64,000 nucleotides of DNA, taken from positions 26,910,001 through 26,974,000 of the forward strand of contig NC_087252.1 of the NCBI RefSeq assembly GCF_037042905.1, written 5' to 3'. The notes beneath the pieces were generated by a model. That model did no database searches and was not told where the DNA came from. It saw only the letters and a program-made list of their open reading frames with translations. Source of the stretch: Lytechinus pictus (Eukaryota). Position numbers and translations under genes: made by a program. Below are positions 51,644-63,608 of the stretch, in pieces; the first letter of the stretch is position 1, and each line of letters begins with the position of its first letter.

Positions 51644-52012
51644 TGGCCATTCTTGGTCATGTGTGTGACCAAAATTCTGAAAAATCTTGACTTTAATTAG
51701 TTATAATCTAAAAAATCTAAAGATTTATAACAAATCATGATGATTTTGAAAGTTTAATTTCATCTTAAAATTCACAAGAATTTCAAAATGAAATCTATGA
51801 AAATCATGCTTCAGTGTGAATTCACACACGTGATCCACTTCTGACCACTGACCTTGAACCTGCATATTGGAGACAGCAAAAAGTATTTCCAAATGATAGC
51901 TGACTAAACATTTTAATAACCTTTTTATTAATCTCTGAAATTTTTAGATTTATAACTTACTGAAGTCAAGATTTGTCATAATCTCGGTCACACATGTGAC
52001 CAAGAATGGCCC
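51644..52012. mobile_element. MITE with ~90-bp TIRs
   Basis: GGCCATTCTTGGTCATGTGTGTGACC vs GGTCACACATGTGACCAAGAATGGCC; AAA on both flanks. Confidence 0.8.
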
Positions 52013-52473
52013 AAATTTGAATTGCAAATTTGACATAGAAAAGTTGATCTTACTGCATTTTCTGCTACTGATTTGAAGGATAAATTAAACTTTCATTCTG
52101 AGATGTTGATGAATGCAGAAATAGACATTGGTTTTTAATCAGCCAGTCTGCCTAAATTTAACTTATATGATGATATTTCCTGTATATTGACCTCGGTTTC
52201 AATACACAAAATACTGCTCTTCAATCTTCATTAGCCCAAGTGTGCTTTATCTCAACATTCTAGCCTGGACAATCCTGAATATTAACCCACTGTCCACCAT
52301 TGAAGTCAATCATTCCCATAGGCTTTGTACAGGGATCTTCTGGCTTCAGTAGGCAATGGGTTAAATCTTGAGATTCAAGAAATGCTGCAGCTTGAGCATG
52401 CACTGCGACCCTGGAATATAGGACCTGATTTCATGCTGCATGTTGAACTCCAACCCTTAACTTGGTCCTGTTC

Positions 52474-52898
52474 ATGCTTTTCACACTGCACATATTTTCC
52501 TTAACCCCGGGGTATTGGAAGGGCTAAGGGGGGGGGGGGGGGGTTCTTAGCCCCACCAATTTCCTGAGGTTAAGCTTAGCCCACTTCGTTTTCACACTAC
52601 ATGTACGTTTAGCATGGTAAATAGTTCGGTCCTATCAGGCCCTGCATAAAAGCAGGGTTAGCTGACTAATTGGGGTGCTAAGAGATGCAGTGTGAAACGA
52701 AACCGGGCTAAGGAAGAGTGGGGCTAAGCATTAGTCAATCACAGAAGACGAAATTGCATGTTAATCATGCTCTGTGTGGCAAAATCATCAATATTCATGA
52801 TCTTTGCGATAGTTCGGGGGCTAAGCAAATAGTATGGCGTTAAGGATAGTCCGGGTTAAGGATAGTATGGGGTAAAGGAAATGCAGTGTGAAAAGCAT
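52474..52898. mobile_element. MITE with TIR ATGCTTTTCACACTGCA
   Basis: Inverted TGCAGTGTGAAAAGCAT at 52882-52898; internal GGGCTAAG/CTTAGCCC repeats. Confidence 0.78.
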
Positions 52899-52974
52899 AT
52901 TTATAACAAACGCACTTTATAACAAATGCACAATTTCCACCAGCCAATTCATTTGTTTTTTAAACCAGACATAA

Positions 52975-53102
52975 TCTCTCAGTGGTATAGGGTCTGCCTC
53001 ATGAATAGGAGGTCGTGGGTTCGATTCCCGGCCAAGTCGTACCAAAGACTTTAAAAATGGGACCTACTGCCCTGCTAGGTGCTCGGCATTCAGATTAAGG
53101 GT
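52975..53102 (+). mobile_element. tRNA-derived SINE fragment
   Basis: B box GGTTCGATTCCC followed by ACCAAAGACTTTAAAAATGGGACC, a central domain shared with the 59461 SINE. Confidence 0.75.
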
Positions 53103-53433
53103 ATACTCTCACTTTCCCTTTAATATTCTTTTTATATCGTGTCTTAAACACATACATTTAGGGTCTAGGTCTCTGTTATCAGGGTGGAACGTCCTAGTTG
53201 ATAGCCAAACAACCCATTAATGATAATCCAATTCCTGTTTCCTTGTAAATGTTTGATTATAGACCAGTCATTCTTATTATGAAGGTACATATATTAAAAT
53301 TGCACCCTTTCTTTCTGTGTCCTACATTGATAATAATTAATTAGTAACACAAAAGTAGTCTTATTATTAAGATGATGGCATCACTATGCTCTACCGACCA
53401 TGCAAGATGCTGTCTAATTATGAAGTCATTTAA

Positions 53434-54191
53434 AGCTAAATGAACGTAGTTGCAGTAAAACACTGATTTCGTGAGAAAGTCTGTAAAACCAAGGTAAAGT
53501 TTTGATATATCATCGTGGATCTAGATCTGGTACAGTTACATAAACTGAACTTTGTGAAATCATATCTAGCTAAAAAAACGTCACACTGAAGATCGCCAAC
53601 ACAGTATGCAGCCAGAGAGAATATTGAATTTGATCAGATTCAGTATGCGTGCATCTTTTTCCTGCTATGGCCGTCCACCATCACCAACGCTGGTTCTGTT
53701 CTGTTAACGCTGGTCTACTCTCCTCGTGATGTGATTTGAATGCTTGAGAGGTGACATTCAACGAAATCTCAAGAATGTCCTTCAATATAAATAAACTTTA
53801 ATTTGTCTGTTTATCTAGTTAAAGAGAAATGCTAGTAGTTGCAGTAAACACTGATTTCATGAGAAAGTCTGTAAAACCAGGCGTAATTGTCAGTATATCA
53901 TCGAGGATCTAGATCTGGTACAGTTACATAAACTGAACTTTTGTGAAATCTTGAAATCTACGCTGAAAAATGTTCACACTGAAGATCACCAACACAGATA
54001 GGCACACGTGGGACAGTGTATTATTATTGCTGGAATAAAGACCCGACGGAAGTGACCGAATCCGCGCTTATTTTGTTTATTTCTCAGCAATTACACAATT
54101 TTTTATTCATACAAACAGACACTTTGGTGATCATTATATTAGATTCTGCAAAATGTCATTTTGAGATCGTTCCCACAACTGGAATTTATCT
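53434..54191 (-). mobile_element. Compound unit: truncated family B MITE (53434-~53603), ~215 bp unrelated DNA, full family B MITE (53823-54191)
   Basis: Both copies start TTAA|AG(C/A)..AAATG; right end ATTTATCT|TTAA; flanked by a 65-bp direct repeat. Confidence 0.85.
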
Positions 54192-55014
54192 TTAAGATGA
54201 TGGCATCACTATGCTCTACCGACCATGCAAGATGCTGTCTAATTATCAAGTCATTTTATGAAAAAAATCAGAGTACATCCCATTAAAAGACATTGTGATT
54301 CCAATTTTTTTTCCAGAAGAGGCAAATGATTTAGCTTATAGGCTTAGGTCATTATCTGGTGACAATTATGTAGACCTAGTAGGTCTACATAATTTACACC
54401 AGATGATTAATAGAATTCAGTTTTCTTGTTTATTTTGAACTTATGAACGAAAAAGTTTATGCATGTCTTGAGAGTTTATTAATCAATAGGCCCTACTCTA
54501 TATTTTTGTGCGCATGTATTACCACTGGAAGGCTATTTTCCATTTTTCAATATGGATCAACAAGTGAATGAAGTAATGCTGAATTTATTGGACAAGGTGT
54601 AGGAACATTACAAAAATAATGTCTATTATCCCACAAAATGTAGGAGATTTGAGTAGTCTCACTTGATCCATTATATAGGCTTTCTGTACTATCATGGTAG
54701 CAAATATTAAATTCACACAAACATTCTAACAATCATTGCCAGAAATATTTATGGGATTTTTTTAAAGCCTTCGGACCTTTGATGGAAACTGACAGTATGT
54801 AAAATCAGTATGCCTATGTAATTGGTGTCTGTTGTTTAAAATCAGATAAATGGAAGAATATTGACGGACAGGATTTTAGAGGTTTACTTGCTTGTTAATC
54901 ATTAGACATAAATTGTTGATAATAGCATTAACAAGTCCAGTTTTTCATGCATTTGTCATACATGTAGTTCTTCTGACTCATGAAGTAGGCCAATAAGAAA
55001 TTGGCCTACTCTAG

Positions 55015-55394
55015 TACCCCTTTCATAATCCCAATTATGCGGCTAATAGCAGCATAATTTGGTCGTAAAATCGGAGGAGGTCCAGAGTTATCCGCATTAT
55101 TTTGATGCTGCAATTATCCGCATAATAGCGGCATCGGGACCAGATTTTGACTTTATGAACGCATTTCAAAGTAATGCGGATAATTGCCATGGTGCGGTAA
55201 CAAGGTCACCCTTTTCCAACACAACCGCATCGGAGGGGGTGTGTGCGGTTGCCATGACGATTATCCGCCTTTTTCAGGACGGGCCCTCGTAAAAATAGTG
55301 CAGATTATTTTTGGAGTTTGTGAACGCAATTTTTATTGAATTATCCGCATTACTCTTAGGCGGCTAATTGGAGGATGGGTTTATGAAAGGGGTA
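55015..55394. mobile_element. PIF/Harbinger-like MITE, 380 bp (copy 2, inverted)
   Basis: Same length and TIR as 7030-7409; 3-bp TSD TAG/TAG. Confidence 0.92.
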
Positions 55395-55443
55395 TAGGTC
55401 TCCAATGGATAGCTTGGTAGAATTTGTATTCAGACCGACTCGA

Positions 55444-55731
55444 GTCTTTCGGAGGAGACTCTAAGCCGTCGGTCCCGTGTAAGGGAGAGTCACACCATTT
55501 GCACGTTAAAAAACCTACTCCTCTTTTCGTAAAGAGTAGGGAAGTTATCCCGGGGAAGTAGTTAACGTATTAATTTATTACTGATAATTACTAATTTATA
55601 ATCCTGTTCCTTTGTAAAGTTGCATTAGTGTAATTTGTACTGTATTATAGTAACCTTTCTAGATTAACCGTCCGACACTTATATGACACGCATGTGTTGA
55701 TAGTGTCGTTAAATTTTTATCAATCAATCAA
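55444..55731 (+). mobile_element. 5'-truncated retroposon (SINE) with (ATCA)n tail
   Basis: 14-bp TSD TCAGACCGACTCGA at 55430-55443 and 55732-55745; nearly identical to 61317-61608; inserted in the left TIR of an old copy (~55423-56195) of the 21801 family. Confidence 0.9.
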
Positions 55732-57016
55732 TCAGACCGACTCGATCCCCCGTTCAATTGTGAGAACCTGTTTGGGCTTAAAAAATACCCAATAATTATT
55801 GTCCACTTTCATACGACCCGAAGCAGACCCTTTCAGAGTAAGTTAAAAAAGTTAGGAGGATACGGAATATGGTCTGATTGGCCAATTCAGCAGCGCCCGT
55901 GCCCGACTACATCACATGTCTTTGCTAGGTTGAAAAAGTTCTTGTACATTATGTAATTTGCTCTCACACTGCAAGAATATCAGAGACCTTGGAAAAATCT
56001 CTACAAAAGTTCTTGTAATTTTGACAAGTTCATTGTATTTGACAGGTTTTTTCTTTCAGGAATATTACAGGTAATTTGCTTTCATCCTGCCAAAAACACC
56101 AGTTCTTTTCTGATTGGGGGGTAGATCAGGTTAAATTTAAATTTCCTAAGCGGAGAATACATGGTGTTCCCGAACCTCAAGGTTGTCTGAATAAACCTGG
56201 TGTCTGATAAAATATTTTGAGTGATTTCATGTACAAAGTTAAAAGCTGGTATTGGTGTTGTTGAAGCACTAACACTAGCAAAAAGAAAGACTAGAGTATG
56301 GTAGAAAGAAAATTCAAAAAGAAGAAAGAAGGAAAGAAATGAAATATACGGTACATTTTACACTAGCAAAATACCCTCGTAATATTGGTGGGTTAAATAT
56401 AGTACAGGGTTATTGATGGGGTTGGGGAGATCGTACGGGGTTGGTGATAGAACATGCATGAGGTCCTTCTGCACCAGCCCAAGTTTTCAAATAATCGCGC
56501 TATTTCCGATCCATCAAATTATCCCGAACAATCTCGAGATTATTTGTAATGGAGACGCAATCATTGGGATACACGCAGATCGCTGGATTAATCTCGAGAT
56601 TGCAATCCCTAGTCAACTTGGGATTATTTGCAAAATAGCGCGCTATTTACGAATTATCCCACTAATTCGCAGGTGCAGACGCACTCAGGATTATTTATTC
56701 ATGGCGTCATACCATACAGCGTCACACCATAATGCATCGATGCCTCGCTCGAGCACGAATTGCTCATCTTGTGCTGGTGGAGATGGGGTTTCTTGAATCT
56801 CGAGATTAGTAGCGAAGAGGGCCAATCGGGCTGAAATCTCTAGATCTTCGCCTATGGATAAGAAAACAGATACAGAACAGATACCAAACAAAGGAAGGCA
56901 AAGCTCACTTCACATAGGATCAATGGCTCACTCGTCATTGATTTTTTCATGACTCAAAAATGTAAACTGCCCAACTTTGTTGATTGTCCTCATGAATCAT
57001 CATTCAAGTGTTTATA

Positions 57017-57490
57017 GGTGGTTTCAAACCGCCTCGATCACAAGAATCCTCGTTAAATTACGAGAACATTTTTAGGCTAAAAAATACCCATTAATTATTC
57101 CTGCATTTACACCGCCCCGAAGCATACCCTGCGGGATAAATTCCTGAAGTTAGGAGCATGCGCAGTATGGTCTAATAAGCAGGCAAGGCGCGAGATTCAA
57201 AACCACTAGCCCAGCAGCCACCCACGGCGCCCGCGCCCAACGACACGCTGGGCTAAAAGTTCCCGTAAATTGCTTTCACATTGCCAAAATACCTGCGACC
57301 TTGGAAAAATCCCCGCGAAAGTTCTCGTAATTTCGCCAAGTACCTACTATTTAGCGGGTATTTTCTTTCGGGGAAATTACGCGTAGTTTGCTTTCACATT
57401 ACCAAAGTACCTGGTATTTTCTGATCGGGGTAAATTTCCCGATCAGAGAATACCTGGAACTGACGAACTTCGAGGCGGTCTGAAACCACC
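57017..57490 (+). mobile_element. ~475-bp GG..CC MITE (copy 2 of 21801 family)
   Basis: Full-length match to 21801-22276; TA on both sides. Confidence 0.92.
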
Positions 57491-58305
57491 TATTGTTCAA
57501 GTGTTTATGTGTATCTATTGATTTTCCTCTTGGTACCTCCTGCTGTAAACTGAATAACCGCAAAAGACCATTGGCTTGACAAGAGATGGGCGATGTGTTA
57601 CATAACGCGCCATCTGTGGGGGCTGTGATGTACTGTGGCATTCATGAACAACGATGGAGTGTGAATGTACAAGTATTATGCAATGCCATCTTCCATGTAG
57701 TCTGCATTCACCAGACTCCGATTGACATGCTTATCGACAAAAGGGTTTATTGTAAGCCTAGGACAAATTTTAAATTGCTGTAGGCACATGTTATAAGCAA
57801 TGCACTCATCAACATAAAAAGACTAGTACAAGTTCTAACTTGTTGTGAAACAGAACAATATCTAATTCCTGAGTAGGCTTGCATTTCGACAACTTTATGG
57901 GCAAACTACAAGCTACAAGCTCTTTTTCATCTTTTGGAAGGTGTATTCTGCTTTGTGGTGTTGTAATTGTAATCCCTGTAATAAAACACACAGGCCTATT
58001 GTATCAGCATTAAAACTCAAAGACAGCTTACTTTGCCCAAGTAATATCTATTTGGACTGCAGAAATCTGTTTTTACTAATAAAGAGAAATGTGACTTGAT
58101 TCTACAAGAGGTATTCTTGTATAACAGATATTTTGCACAGTATGATCTAAAAGTTTTGCCAACTTAGGTTGATATTTGACTTATGGATCGCTTCATTACC
58201 TGCAAGTACCTACAATCAAGCTTCTTTACCATTCATGTCAAACTTGGAAATAGACCTTAATCAGAGAATAAGTGGAATTGAAAATATTTAGGCCTATATA
58301 GCCTA

Positions 58306-58499
58306 TAGTCTGCAGGCACAGACTCTTTGTTTTCGCAATTCGCAGAGCGCATTAATGCAGAGTCTGAAGTAGTGAGACTAGATTCACTATGTACTGTGGC
58401 TGGCTCATATTTGACACAGACAGAGCCTTTTGCTTCTAGTCTTAAATTTAGACCTGTTAATTGTTAAAGGGTCAAATATGAGTATGTGTTTGCAGACTA
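58306..58499. mobile_element. Paralog of the 10408 TAG-ended MITE
   Basis: Shares GCAGAGTCTGAAGTAGTGAGACTAGATTCACTATGTACTGTGGCTG and both TIRs. Confidence 0.85.
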
Positions 58500-58535
58500 G
58501 CCTATATAGGTTAATAGGATTATATTTTGGACCTA

Positions 58536-58836
58536 CACTGTTAGAAAATTTATCCTTAAAATAAAAGAAGTTTCGGCAGCAGAGTCTCGAGAACACCTGT
58601 AATCTTACCAGATTGCGTAATCTTACTGGAAATTGGTATTTGGTGTATGGAACCTTACAAATTTCCTTTAATAAAACACACTTTTCCCCTTTTTTAAACA
58701 GACCTGTTCTGTTAAATTGCAGAGAAATTCCTTTTTTATGAATTTACAGAAAGATTCTGTTATTGCCTTCTGCAAAATCTTCTTTTTTCTGTAAAATCAG
58801 TTTTTTTTTCTGTAAAATCAGTTTTTTTTAACAGTG
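58536..58836. mobile_element. MITE with CACTG termini and TA duplication
   Basis: TA|CACTGTTAGAAAA ... TTTTTTAACAGTG|TA. Confidence 0.78.
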
Positions 58837-59460
58837 TAGGCAAGACATTTGACAAAGTTTCATAACTTTCATATCATATCATATCATACGTTTCTCTACC
58901 CTTATAAAATAAGCCATATGACCTGTCTTTTTCTTTCCTGTAATACATATATGTACGCATATGAGAATAAGTCTACTATACTTCCTTTCCAAGGGGGATC
59001 CACAATTTACAAGCTTTGCTTTTTAGTGGATCCCCCTCATTTCCATTTATGCTCTATATTATAATGTTTTTTTTCTGTTTTTTTTTACGAAGTAAGAATG
59101 CCTTTCTGTAAAATTGTACTCGATTTGTATTACTTTATATTACTTTGTATTATGTTTTGAATGGAAATGAAATAAAAGAATTGAATAAAAAGAATTGAAT
59201 AGGAAAGTCATCCCATTTTAATGGTGTTATGGTAGCCATGATATTTTATTATTTTCATGCCACTTTTTGCTTAAAACAATCAGAAGGTAATAATCTTTCA
59301 TTACCCTAAAATTGATTGATAGAGTGATAGTACTGGTAGTTGATAAAATATTATACAGTAGGCCTATATATATTCCTATAGATACTTAATTATAGACTCT
59401 GGTCAATTTGTTGTAGTATCAATTACATTAGTATTACATTTATTGACTTATTAAAGGGGT

Positions 59461-59630
59461 ACCGGTGTGTTGGCTCAGTTGGTAGAGCGTCCGTCTCACA
59501 ACCGGGAGGTCGGGGGTTCAAACCCCGGCCGCGTTAGACCAAAAGACGTTAAAAGATGGGAGTTGCTGCTACCCTGTTTGGCGTTCAACAATTAAAGGGA
59601 TAGAGCCTCGTCGATCTGGCGCTGCACAGG
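59461..59630 (+). mobile_element. tRNA-derived SINE (3'-truncated)
   Basis: A box TGGCTCAGTTGG, B box GGTTCAAACCC, then ACCAAAAGACGTTAAAAGATGGGAG central domain; no acceptor-stem closure or terminator. Confidence 0.8.
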
Positions 59631-61173
59631 ATTCTAAGATTTTAAGGATTTAAGAAGTTCATCCTGACTAAAAGTTTATTGTGAAATTAGCAAAGAAAAA
59701 AAAAAGTCAAATATATTGCTGTACACATGCGTGACCAAGAAATTTCCAAACACCCCCTAAACGAGTTTTTCTCTGTGTGCAAAATAACCCCCTAAACAAG
59801 TTTTTCGCGGGCTTTATTTACACTTTTTGGCCCCTAAACAAGATGTCACCAAAATATGACCTCGGGGAAAAAGCTTGGGAACAAAAAAACATACCCTGAC
59901 ACATTTGGCTAGTCTTATAAAAAAGCTTTGGGGAAAAAAACATACCCTAAATACGTTTGACCCCGCGATTGACCATTGACCAGTCTTTCAAAACCACCCA
60001 TTTTTCTTGAAAATCTGTGTTTTTGATACCCTTAACGAGTCCACGCGCGGACCACGTCCAAAACTGAAAAAACACCCCTTTAAACGTGTTTTTTTGGTAA
60101 GCGTGTGTACAGCAATATATTTGACTGGCCCCCCCGGGCCTTGTGTACTTGGTACTAATTGAGCACACACATTGGAAAAGGAAGAAGGGGGGGGGGGAGA
60201 GAAAATTGAATGTTTTTTTTACAATAATGATTGAAGGAGCTCAATGTCTTCATGACTCTTGTCCATTTTGGGATGTTACAGATTTCTACCAGAATTAATG
60301 TTGGAAAGGGTTGAAATTTTTGTATTTGACCATGCACTTTTATTGTAGAATGAGAAACAGAGTAGGGGATTGAGATTGGCAGGGATCCAAATTATCTGTA
60401 TGTTTGAAAAAGACAACTACATGTATAGCTCTATTAACCTACTTCTCATATTAAAGCTAAGTTTGGTTTATGGAATAAATCTAAGAAATCTAATTTTGAA
60501 AGAAAATGGTTTAAAGTCACCCTGTGGTGTTTATCATAAGCCAGAATGCTGACTTAGAACAAAGTTTTAATTAAAATCATTCTGGCTTGCTTGAAATTAT
60601 ATTCTTTTGATTACCACACGATTTTAGTGGTGTAGCTAACATAGGAAATAACATGTCGGATGACACAGAATAAACCGACGGGCACTTTCAGTTATTTTTC
60701 TGCTCTTCATTTGCTTGTTACTCTACACGAATAAATTTTTCTGAAATATTGTTGGGCAGATTTGTTAATGAACTTTTAAATTCTCTGTAAGTCTTTACTT
60801 CCATGAAAATAAGATTTTCTGTTATTACCGGAGTTTGTCTTTAACCCAATTTTTTATATTGTGATTATATTTCTGCTAATCTGCTTTCATACAAAAAATG
60901 TCTTTACAAACTTTTGAAACAAGTTAAATTGTGTGAAAACAGAAAAACCAAAGAAACAAAGCAATTAAAGAAGAACAAAGAAATATTGAACAAATAATAA
61001 GTGATGAGCATTTGAATGTTGACATCGGTGAAGACGGACGTGGATATCCTCCCATTGTCAAGAGGACCAGTGTGTGTGATGTAAGGGTTGCGCAACTCTC
61101 CAATTACCTTTTCCACATATTTTACTTCAATTGTCACTTTTTTCAAAATCGGTGTTTTTTTCACGGGAGAACA

Positions 61174-61608
61174 ATTATTTAGAGATATTTAACGATTATG
61201 TATTGTAAATTTCCTAAAGGAGATCAATCTTTTTATTAGATTTTAGGTGGGAAACTGTTCGAATCCCAATCACAACAGGTATACCCTTGGGCAAGGTATT
61301 TTATTCCAATTGTCTAGTCTTTCGGAGGAGACTCTAAGCCGTCGGTCCCGTGTAAGGGAGAGTCACACCATTTGCACGTTAAAAAACCTACTCCTCTTTT
61401 CGTAAAGAGTAGGGAAGTTATCCCGGGGAAGTAGTTAACGTATTAATTTATTACTGATAATCACTTATTTATAATCCTGTTCCTTTGTAAAGTTGCATTA
61501 GGGTAATTTGTACTGTATTATAGTAACCTTTCCAGATTAACTGTCCGACACTTATATGACACGCATGTGTTGATAGTGTCGTTAATTTTTTATCAATCAA
61601 TCAATCAA
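61174..61608 (+). mobile_element. Retroposon (SINE) with (ATCA)n tail, nested in a degenerate family D MITE
   Basis: 14-bp TSD TTCACGGGAGAACA at 61160-61173 and 61609-61622; B-box-like GTTCGAATCCC at ~61257; CCCTTGGGCAAGG core. Confidence 0.88.
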
Positions 61609-62054
61609 TTCACGGGAGAACATGTAAAAGAGGTAATAATGGACACAGAGTAAACCAAAATGATGGTTTGGAGTATATTTTTGTACAAAGGAAAGAGTTG
61701 TACTTCTGTAACAATGCAAATTCTTGGTCATGTTGCCAATATGAGGATCTCCATAGCATTAGTGATTTTCAACATTCATGTGCCAGTAACTTTCTTATTG
61801 TTACTGTTAGTCTGATTGTTCTCAAACTGTCATCAATCTTATTCTGTGACTTTTCTTTTTTCATGCAAGCTAACTTGTTCCAAGGGTTTTCTTGATTTCT
61901 TCTTCATGAAACCATAATCTGCAGACTCTATGAAGTTTGAAAAAAAAGTTTGCAATTACAGTACATGTAGTCCTCATTATGCTGCCTTGTAAAGTATGAA
62001 TTCAGTGTGCAGATATTCTGCAATAACATGACCCTTTTGAAATCTCTGTTTCAG

Positions 62055-62210
62055 AGGCCCAAGTTACTGTTGAGCCAGGGTACGACACATCCTTAGCTGT
62101 AGGGGGATCTGGATCCTTCACCTACAAGTGCGTGAATGGCGATGCTTCGAATCTGGTTTACCCGACGTGGACGAATGAGGATGGTCAGGTCATCCAGACA
62201 TCAGCAGGCG
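62055..62210 (+). CDS. Internal coding exon, first half of an immunoglobulin domain (NCAM/fasciclin-II-like cell-surface protein)
   Basis: Acceptor TCTCTGTTTCAG, donor G|GTAAAT; 156 nt, phase 1/1; translation xAQVTVEPGYDTSLAVGGSGSFTYKCVNGDASNLVYPTWTNEDGQVIQTSAG contains the B-strand Cys and C-strand Trp. Confidence 0.85.
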
Positions 62211-63221
62211 GTAAATATCCAATTTGATTTGATTTGATTGTATTTTTACTTTCCCATTACAAAAGTGTAAACAAGTGTACTCATTTTCGATATTCCATAA
62301 CACTAAGCAACATTTTGATTAACATGCGTTAGGTTATTCTCATTAACTTATTAATTATACTTTTAAAAAAAAAATTGAAATGTTTGTATGAGCTGAAAAA
62401 ATATATGTAAACACGAAATTATCAATGAAAATGTGGGAGAGCTCTATCTCAAGCTTGGAGCTTGAAATTGATGGAGGCCTCAAAAGGAAAGAAAGAGAAG
62501 AAAGAAAAGAAAGAAAATGACAGAAAATCAGAATACAGTGCACGATACAAGACTTATCTTGTATTGCACAACATATAGGAATTAAAAAAAAAGAAAAGTG
62601 GATAGGGAAAGACAAATGAGAAATGTACAATTTTAATGTTGAAAAAAAAAGCGAAATTGCAAGTATCAGATTTGTGCTCTCATGGATGTAGACGGAGACA
62701 CCGTTCTCATCACAAACCTGGAAACGGGTCTACTGGAAACCGGTTCAGGTAGCCAGTTTGGAAGATCGCTTTGCTATCTTGATTTCATCGTTCAAATTCT
62801 CAAGACTTAGGGGCAAAAGCTCAGTCTGCCGTTGACGCTATTTGATATGGGCTGAAGTTAGCGATTCCATACGGCAAAGGCAAATTCAGTGAACGTGTTG
62901 CTGCCCTCTACATTCGTTTGACGATATCTAAGATTTGAAGAATGAAGCCAAAATAGGGCCATTTCTGATGCTCGATCTGGCTGAAATTCAGGATAAGGAT
63001 CGATTATTAAGTTAGATATAAGCCCAATGCACTTCAATAATTGTGATGTATCCATCTACGTTTCTTGAATTGCCCTCGAATATAGTACACAAATTAAAAG
63101 ACATGACAGCTTCCGATCTTTGGTGTTTTCGCTCTTGACCCAGACCGGCTTGGCCTGGGGGAAATACCCCCAACTCGCTGGGCTCAGACTTCCAGCCCGG
63201 CCGGCCCGGCTCCCAGCATTG

Positions 63222-63376
63222 AATAATAATGATAATGATAACAGTAATAATATTAGTAAAAATAATAATGAATAACAATAGTAGTAATATTAGTAATAGT
63301 AAGAATAATTAATAGTAATAGTAACATTAATAATAATAGTAATAATAATGATGATGATGATGATGATAATAATGAT
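63222..63376. repeat. Compound (AAT)n/(GAT)n microsatellite
   Basis: Directly visible; intronic. Confidence 0.9.
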
Positions 63377-63446
63377 GTGCCAATTCCATAATAGGTTTTA
63401 TGCCACAGACCCCTGAAAATAGACAAATCTTTCTTCTAAATTTTAG

Positions 63447-63608
63447 GTGGAAATGAACGTGTGTATACTACCGAGTCCATCGAGCCTGTCAGTGGAGAAT
63501 TCTTGTACATTACTCGGTTGACCTTCTCCAATGTGGAGATTACTGAAGATGGCGTTTATACTTGTTCAGTGAATTCCGATGAGGAAAGTAGACAGATCAT
63601 CGTATCAA
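63447..63608 (+). CDS. Internal coding exon, second half of the same Ig domain
   Basis: Acceptor TTCTTCTAAATTTTAG, donor A|GTAAGA; 162 nt, phase 1/1, in frame with the previous exon; GGNERVYTTESIEPVSGEFLYITRLTFSNVEITEDGVYTCSVNSDEESRQIIVS has the L-x-F-x-N-V...D-G-V-Y-T-C Ig signature. Confidence 0.9.

Noticed and set aside
59461..59535. Genuine tRNA gene (likewise 34061, 52975, 29950)
   Set aside because: Acceptor stem does not close, there is no terminator, and the sequence continues into a SINE body
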